A stretch of DNA of 56,043 bases, taken from NCBI GenBank assembly GCA_903959815.1, contig CAJBYM010000022.1, forward strand, positions 1-56,043, written 5' to 3'. Position 1 is the first letter of the stretch. Each line of letters begins with the position of its first letter. Made by a program: the position numbers and the translations under genes. This document shows, one piece after another, positions 36,406 to 45,400 of this stretch. This DNA is from Candidatus Omnitrophota bacterium. Lineage in GTDB: Bacteria; Omnitrophota; Gorgyraeia; Zapsychrales; Fredricksoniimonadaceae. The notes beneath the pieces are model-generated. The model was given only the letters and a program-made list of their open reading frames with translations. It ran no database searches and was not told where the DNA came from.

Positions 36406-39400
36406 CTACGGCAAGAGGAACAAACCGGGGTCCTCAAGCGGCTGGAAAGCTGTTATCCTGAAATCAAAACCCCGGAAAAGCTGAAGGAATTGCTGTGAAC
36501 TCTCGGGAGAGAAAATCTGAAGGCCAATATCGACAGGGGTAAGGATGCCCTTAAAATCAACGATGTCGGATACACCTGTAAGGTCAAGCCCGCCATTCTC
36601 CGGTAAGGCAGCGCTGTCAGGCTCTTCAGGCGCAGCAACCTCCTCGGATTTATCCAGCCCCGCCTGTTTCAGTTGCAAGCTGATATCCTCCATTTGATCC
36701 CGGAATTTGATATGCTCAACCTTGGCCGAACTATAGTTCGGCAGAATAGCGCCGGCTTCAATATCACCCCTGAAATCCTTTCTCGCTTCAAGAAAAAGAT
36801 CATAATACAACAAATACCGTTTGCGCGCCGCGTTCTGCTCATCGATCAGTTCCTTATGATCGAAACCGTTGTGCTCATAAACATCCGGCTGTGAGATCCT
36901 TTTCTCAAGATACGCCTTCAACAGCCGGTCCTCGGGCAATATCAAAGGATTGATGATATCATTAGTCATGTGCAAAAGCGGCAAACTGTTCCAAAGATCC
37001 GGATCCTGCTCAAGTTTATCAAGGACTTTCCCCAGGATGCTGACAGTCTTCGCGTTAAAGAACATGAGGCCGCTAAGCGCGGGGAACTGTTTCAATTTCT
37101 TACGCTTCAGATCAAAACGTGTATTCAGATAAATCAGCTCGTGATCGACGTACATCGGCTCACGGCCTTTGCGTTCAATATCAGAAACGATCATCTTCTC
37201 ATGGATCTCTGCAACGGCATTGGTCTGACCATCGGGGTCCATCTTCAGAAGACCAAGCGTCTCAAGCTCCTTTTCATTCACCCAGTCGGCCTGAACATTG
37301 ATATCCTTATCCGCCGTGAATTCTAGCATGGGACCGAAATACGCGTCGCGGCTGTAAACAGTGATCTGCCCGCCCTTCGAAAAAGGATCGTCCTTCTTCA
37401 GCTTGGCCGCCAAACGGTAACCGTTGATCAAAGCCCAGTCAAGGACCCTGTTGTCATGGAACTTATTCATACCATGAAAAACAAACATGGCCCGGACATC
37501 CTGCCACGGCTTACCGCGCAAGTGCGGATACCGGGCCAAAAAATCCGGGTCCTTCAGTTTTGTGCGCATGAACTGCAAGGCGCGCAGTTCGACATTGCCG
37601 CTCCCTTTTGCGCTCGGAGCAATTACCATCGGCACACTATCCCTGGTCATCACTCCCCTGCTGATATCCACATATTTATTAACCTCATCGACATAATCCA
37701 AATCTTCCGGGATAACGATGACCATGTCCACGCTGGGCGCCCCGCTGCCATTCACTTGTTCATTCAACGCAGCCTTGCCTTCGTCGACGGACCGCTTGAC
37801 CACTTTGTCCATCCCTTTGGCGCCATTGCCATTGGACGTCAAAGGATCACCATTCTTTTTATCAAAATTTTCATCAAGTTTATTATTGATAGCCTTCATA
37901 TCCTTGAGCCATTCCGGATGCGTGATGACATACTGCGCCCACCAGAACGACCCAAACTTGGCAATAGCCCCCAGAATAGTCATCACGATCAACCCATTGC
38001 CGAGCAAGGGCAGTCCGAGAAAACGGGCAAAGAATCCCAGCCCCAAAAATATCGGGGGGGCATAGAGGAAAAGACGGCCCCTCCACCTGCGCCACAGATC
38101 CGCCCGGGCCGCTGCAGCCGATGTCAGAGAATGCAGGGTCTCGGCTTCCGCTATCATATCCTCCAATATCTTTTTGCTCCTGCCCAGAAGATCTTCATCC
38201 TCGTTATAAATCCCCGGCATTAATTTGTTGCCCTTTATTCTGATCTCGGGGATGAGCTCATAGATCCTCTTGGTGGAAATGCCGATCTGATCGGTATATT
38301 TGATCCCATAACGCATAAAAGGATACACTTTGCTCTTTTCGATAAAATGATCATCCGACCCCTTATATCCCATCAGCTTGTCAACAGAGCCCCGGCTTTC
38401 AAAAAGTTCCAGGTAGTCTTCGAGGTACGTTTGCATGTCAAGCAAACGTGCCTTATCGTCAAAAAGCATTTCCGTCTGACGACTATCAAATCCTGAGTGG
38501 CTGTCCTGATAATGGTCAAGGGCATTGCGCAATTCGGTGATCGACAGATAAAGATGAAAGAACGTTTTCATGTACTTGCCGTTACGGATCTCGCCATCCT
38601 CCGACCCCCTGCCCATGAGCTCCGGCACGTAAGGCATGGAACGGATGACATGGTCATACTGGTTCAAGGCTTCATTAATGTCATGGATAACCCCTTGCGG
38701 ATCAACCCCCTCATCTTCGTTCCAGCTCTTAACAATATTTTGCACCTTGACCAGGCGCTTGCGCGCCGAATTATTGAAACCGTCCTCAGGAATGATCGTG
38801 AATGTCAGGCCAGCCGATGTGCCCAGAGCGCCGGGGATCAGGAACATTCTGGCAACCTTTTCTTTCCAGCTGGTTGTTTTGCGCTTGACGCGAATAACGT
38901 CCTTGCGCAAAGACACGACAAGGTCGTCAACCTTGCCATATTTTCTGAAAAATTTCTTCTGAACAAAGCCATGAGCAATGAAGGCCCCGGCCGCAAATAG
39001 CGCCCAAAAAGCGTACCAGATCGACGAAGGAGTGTTCGAGACATTCTGATCATTCTTCAAAATAGACTCTTCAAGGCTCTTCATTTTCTTTTCGATCTCT
39101 CTTTTCAGGGACTTCTGGGTCGAATTGACCGGATTGAAATCCTCGAAATGGGTGATGATCTTCATTGGATCGGTCTCACCGGCGATCTTGAGTCTCATAT
39201 CTTTAATGAGAGCCGTCTCTGCGGTCCCGAATTTGCTGTTGTTCCAGAAATCCAGTTGCGGGGTGTACTCGATGCGCGACTCGACCAAATCAAGGGCTAT
39301 GCCGATCGCCATGGCCTTGATCTGGGCCTTGACCATGTCCGCCCCGTTGGGACGGGGATCCGTGGCCGCATGCAATTCGCCGAAGGTAAAAGTCTTTAAA

Positions 39401-42400
39401 CGGATATTCAAAGGCCAATCCTGCCCGGTGCGTCCATACATCTTAATCATGCCCTCACGCAAGATACTCATGGACTCCGGATCAGGCATGGATTGAACAT
39501 CCGCCCGAAGCAGTGCTTCCCAAGTACGGCTTTCCACCAAAGACAACAGATCATTATCGCTGGAATGCACATACTCCCTCCAGGCCAGGATACGGCCGTC
39601 AGGTTTCTCCATCAGTTTATCCAATACCACACCTCTCTGGAATGTCGGAGAGGCAAGAATACGCGCCAGCTCAGAAAGCCCGGTCCCGTTAATATACTCT
39701 GTCTGGGCATCAGTTCCCAGGGCATCAAAATACGTCAGCATGTCCGTGCTCTCAAGGGACAGGTCCTTAAGCTCATACAACGGCGAGGCAGTCCCCTTAT
39801 TTTCAGGATCCCCGGAAGAGATCTCCCTGTCAGCCTCTTTCTCGGCCCCCCTGAGAAGATCCTTATCGACAAAGCCCTCCATGTCCCGGTTCTCGGGAGA
39901 AGCTGTGAAAAACCTCGTGTTCATGTCTTTAAAAATGTCGCGCATATGCGCGTCATAAATATCCCCTTCACTGACACCCAAACCGCCCAGATTTCTAAAT
40001 GCCCCTTTGTTAAAAAAGTCAGGAACGCTCTCCTCGAACTTACGCCGAATGAGCTCTTTTCTTATAATGGGCGCGAGCTTCGCCGCGGCAGGTTCTTTGG
40101 CGCCAAGAAGGTCATTGTGGATCCCGGCAAGCTGTCGCGTGGACCAGTAGTTACTTTGGAGAAACCGCTCTTTGCCGACCCAATCGTCAGGTGCGAAAGC
40201 AAGGAATGTCAGAAGCACGCGCCGGGCATCCTGGGGCGTCATCTTCATAAAATCAGCATCGCCGCCTTCCGAATAACTGGCTTCAGTCCAATGCCTGAGC
40301 ACGGTCGTATCCTGAATGAACAGATCATTCAAAGCCTGAAAACCCAGCCTGGCCAACGCCATATTGTTCTTGCTGATCGCTTGATCAATGGTATGAACAA
40401 AGAACCTGGGCTCGCTGCCATTCGTCTTGCTCATATTCATGAATAATCGCTGGACCACATCAGGGAACGGAGAATTCAGGACAGCTTTTTGTGCGACAAC
40501 CATGAATTTTCCGTCGTTCTGTCGCTCTTTCATGAAAAAATCCAAGGTCTGCGTGCGCGTGATAATATTAGGATCATGCATTAGGATATCGAGGAGCACA
40601 TCATATTCATCCTGTCCCTGATTTTGGCCACCCGCCATCATGGCCCACATGACCGCCGAACTAATTGTCTTGGGTGAAGAAGAATAATTCACATGGCCTG
40701 CGGACATACCGCTCACCTGCCCCGATGATACCGGTTGTGTCGACGATCCCTGCACGACTGCCGGCGCTGAATATGTCACAGAAAGGGCTGCCATACCGGT
40801 AATCGGAGGGGCAGCATGGAACCCAGTCCCGAAAGAAGAACTTGAAGAAGCTAGCGGCGAACTTCCGTACTTGAATGCAGATGCCGACGGCCCCCCGTAC
40901 CCGGGATTTACGGCATCTTGGACGGCCTCGACAACATCCTGCCCGATCGAAGAGCTTTGTACGGACGCCAATACGCGCGTCGTGCCGTAATCAAGAAGCT
41001 GCATCTGCGTCAACCGGGACTCCGCCTTGAAGTATTTAGCTTTAAGGTCATAAAGCGCCTGGGCGGTTCTTGCGATCTCCTCACGAGCGGCAACCTGTTC
41101 ATAAGGCGAGTAGAGGTCAGGCCGGGACGCCATGTTCTTCCAACTCTTGATGGCCTTAAGGTAGTCCTCATTCCCTTCCTTGATCTGCTGGCTCAAGCTA
41201 TTGATACTCGCCGCGACCTGCGTCAATTCTGATCCAACCTCGGCTCGGATGCGCTGCTGATCATTGACAAACTTGTTCATATTGATCGGCCCAATGTCCT
41301 TTAGCGCCTGATTTTTGGAATTATAAATGGGAATATTCACATTGACCGCACCGTTCGCTCCCGACTGGGAAGCGCTCGTCTTATAGGTGGAACCGGAATA
41401 CGGATCAACAGCCGTATTGCTGATATCCTGAGTTAAAAAAAGCCCATTCACATTGACCTCCGGAAGCGCGCCGAGCTTGTTAAGCTTGATTGTCATGGCC
41501 ATGCCCTCGATCATGGCCTTGGCCTCCTTAAGCTTGAAATTCGGGGTCTTATCACCCAACAAGGTTGAGCTCAAGGCATCCAGCTCGCTTTGCGACATGC
41601 CCGGAAAGTCCCCGTTCCAGGGGAACTCAGGCGAGAACTTCGTGCCAGATTCAAGCCCATGATAAAAATTCGCTTCAAACGTCCAGGCAACAAGGTCATC
41701 TTGCCATTTACTCAGATTGTTGCGCGAGGCCTTGATCTTCGCATGGAGCGCGTCTTTTTCAGCCGTAACAACATTCCCGACCTTTTCATTGGCTTCGACA
41801 ACCGCCAGAGCTTTATTAAGATCATTCAACAAGGCCTGAAGATGGTCAATATGCCACTGAGCATTGCCGACTTGGATATCCAGGTCTTGCGCGTGCTGAA
41901 TATTCCGGCTGACCAGATCTCCCATCACATATGTGAGCGCCTCGGTCTTCTTGACCTGAAGAGCCTTGAGCTTTTGCGGCTCCCCGGTGATGACCTTCAC
42001 AAGCTCTCCGACAAGAGTGGAAACGATCGGGGAAAGCGCCCCATAAATATTGCCCGTCGTTAGCCCACCCTGTATCCCGTTGAACACAAGTCCCAGCCCA
42101 CCGCTCACGCCCAGTTTGCCGTTATTGGAAACAATGCCGAATTTCAGATTAAAGCTCGAAGGGTTGGCAAACTTCTCCTTGGCGCGGCTTTCCTGGACCT
42201 CAAGCTCGGCCTTGCCGTTGATCAGAAAATTATTGGCCGTCCGCGTCGAAAGTTCTTTCATGCTGACTACCTGGCCTTTTGGCAATGAGAGCACGTCGAA
42301 GGAAACCGACACAGGCGCCGCGTTCTTCAAAGGAAGCAGGGGCATGCTGGTCGGCATGATCACTGCGTTGGCAAACTGTTGCTGTGTCGAGACCCTGATC

Positions 42401-45400
42401 TGCGCCGTGCCGCCACCCGAGCGCCCCCCATTCACCGCTGGCTCTGCTCCATAACTCACAGACCTCGCCGCGCTATTGAACATGGCCAACACAAGGTCCT
42501 TGTCCTCATCCGTGGGCACGATCACTTTGACCGGCAGGTTCGGCTGAAGGACATTGTTGATATCTTCCGCTAGGATCTCGACCGTCTGGACACCACTTAG
42601 CCTCATGGTCTGGCCCATGGGCATGGTGTTGACATTCTTGACCCTCGCCGGCACATACTCTCCCCAGGGAGTCATAAGAACGATAGGATCATTGAACTGA
42701 AGACTGATATTGTCAGGCAACTGGATCGTATTATTCATGTCGTAAAGACTGCCCAGCGGGACCTCACTGGGCTTGATGCGCAGCATCTCATCGGCAAATG
42801 CAAAAGAAGAAACGCTCATCGCTGAAATTGACGTCACGATGCCATTAGCAGGCGCCGTGACTCGCGTGCGGCGGACCTGTTTCCTGAGCGCTTTAAGTTT
42901 TGCCCCTAAAGCAGCAGCTTTTTCCTCAAGCTCATCCATCTGGTCATTAGAAAAATGCTGGACACCATCCCGAGGGGCAGACATCTCAAGCTGGGACTTG
43001 ACCGCTTCATAAGCCTTAAGCGTGCTTTTGTACTCTTCCGACGCGGAGCCTTCCACAATGACCATAAGCTGGCCTTTCTTTACCGTCTGGCCCAGCTTGA
43101 CAAAATACTGCGCAGTGCCATCCACCGGAGAAGGAACCAGGAGTTCTGCCGACGCAGGAACGCTTGAGATCGCCCAACCCTTCGCGTTGATGACAGGCGC
43201 ATTGGCCGAGAGCACCGGCGGCAGTATCTCAAGGTTCAAATGCGCATTCCTCGAATTTGAAATGGGCGCGGAGGGCTCGACAAGAAAGGTCACCCGCGCG
43301 AGATTATGCGTGGGATCAGGGTCTACGGCCACGTTAAGGATCCGCCTGACCTGCTGGCCGTCGATCTCAAACCTTCCGAAATATCCGAAAAACGCCTTAT
43401 TATAGGGCATCTCAACCGTCAGCCGCACCCTATCCTGGTCAATATATTCGAACATCTCCGTCCCCTTCTTGACAGGAGTGTTGTTGTAGATCCTCATATT
43501 CTTGATAAGCAAACGGGACGGCGCTCTGACCGTAAAAAGACGACGTTGATTGTCGAGCCGGGCTTTGACCTGGTTGCGCTGGGCCACCTGCCCCTCGACG
43601 GCACGAACTTTTACGGCTGGCATATTCCCGTTAGCGTTCAATTCCAGGGATCTATTCAATTTCGCGCCGCTGATCTTTAACAACTCATCATTCGTCTCGC
43701 TTTGCTCCAGGACATCATCTTCCTCAATGTTGAACATGACCGCGCCGCTCTGGTATCCATTTGCTCCCCGGTTCAGCCCCGAAACATAACCGGTCGTCTG
43801 GGCCACCATCGTCCTCTCATCGGGAACAAGCCCGACCTGTTTCGAGATGGTAAATGTTCCGGACGTTGACGAAAACGATGATGCCGTCGTTGAAGACTGC
43901 TTGACCATCACCGGGGCCGAAACCGGTGCAACAGTTTTTACCGGAGCAACATACGGGCTTGAAACAACCTTCTTCGGTGGCGGAAGAGGTGGCCGCGGAG
44001 GCCCCCCCGAACCTGATACCGCACTTTCAACAGTATTAGACGCCGCCATGGTTATCGTTACAGGCTTAGATTTTACGAAATCTTTGTTCACAACAGACAC
44101 CGGTCTTACAAGGGACGGCGATTTCACGCCCATCGATGTTTTAACTTCTTTCGCCTTGGATACTGACGAATTCTTCTCAACAGAAGGCACCTTGACCTTA
44201 ACATCTGATTTCGCCGCCGCAGACGTCGTCTTCACAACAGCCGTCCCGGTCATCAACGACCCCAATGCTCCGCGTGTCTGAGGCCCTATGTCCCCATCCT
44301 CAACAATCCCCATTTTATGCTGAGCAACAATAACGATCGCCTCCTGCATCCACCCCATCGTAGATGAAGAAAAGATCTTGTCCCAATTGCGCTCAATGGC
44401 ATCAGCATCAAAATCATAGGCTTGTCCCGTCAAAGGATTCTCTTTTCCCTGAATATCCCTGACATCATCGATGGTCAGAAAACCATTCATAAATGAAAAA
44501 TATTTTTGATCCTCTTCAAGGATAGGATCTCCTCGACTAATGATCTTCCGCGACACATCCTCAAGAGAGATCACATTCCGGGGACCTCCATTATTTTGCG
44601 CCACCTGCACCATATGGGTGGAATCAACAGGAACATGGAATGCCCCTTGCCCAGCGCCCTGAATCCCAAGACCTGACATGGAAGAAAGAAAAAGCCCTCC
44701 GGCAAAAGCCAACCCCAAAAGGCTTTTCCTGGACATCCCCCGGGGAACCAAAGAAACTGTAAAACGAAAAATATTCTTACCAAAACGATTCATTAAAGAA
44801 ACAAGCTCCGGCCTTGTCAAGGACCAGACAGGCATGATCTCGGTCCGCTCCGCCGCATCCTCGAAAGAAAATCCCCCTGAGAAATAATGGCGCGGAACGA
44901 CCTCCTGTTGATCCGTGTCATAATCCTCACGGATGATATCGTAAACCCCTTTTTTCAACGCCACCATATACTGGGCATAAATCTTTTGGGCGATCTCTTT
45001 GTCTTGTATTTGAATGCCAGATGTTTTCTTTTTATTGCTGTATATTTGATTAACAATGTGCTTCTGAAGCTTCTTCTTAAACCAGATCGCAAGGACCAAG
45101 GAATTGAACATTTGACGCAATTGTGAGAAATAATGACCCTCATTAACTTCCCGCTCAAGCTCAGGAATGATGATGTCGCGTGCGATCATCAGATATAACC
45201 CCGTAATCTCCTTTTCCGCATGTACAGAGACTTTATCCTCAGCAGCCGTCTTTTTAAGAGTCAAATAATCCTGATCAAGCAAAACCTTCAATCGGCTTTC
45301 AGCAATAAAAGCCATGCCCTTTTGCTCATAAACAACAGCTTTCTGTGGAACCACCCACACCTTGCTGAATGTGTCGAGCGGAAGATCAACCTCACCGTAT

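Noticed and set aside
23606-40446. Long antisense ORFs inside ilvC (227 aa), ahcY (244 aa), rpsB (250 aa) and the giant ORF (255 aa, 317 aa and others)
   Set aside because: Each lies opposite a gene with unambiguous conserved motifs. The translations are R/H/L-rich low-complexity sequences typical of shadow frames.
40669-44247. Ser/Thr/Pro-rich linkers of the giant ORF, considered as DNA-level tandem repeats or contingency loci
   Set aside because: The amino-acid composition is biased, but I could not see exact periodic nucleotide repeats. They look like ordinary disordered linkers.
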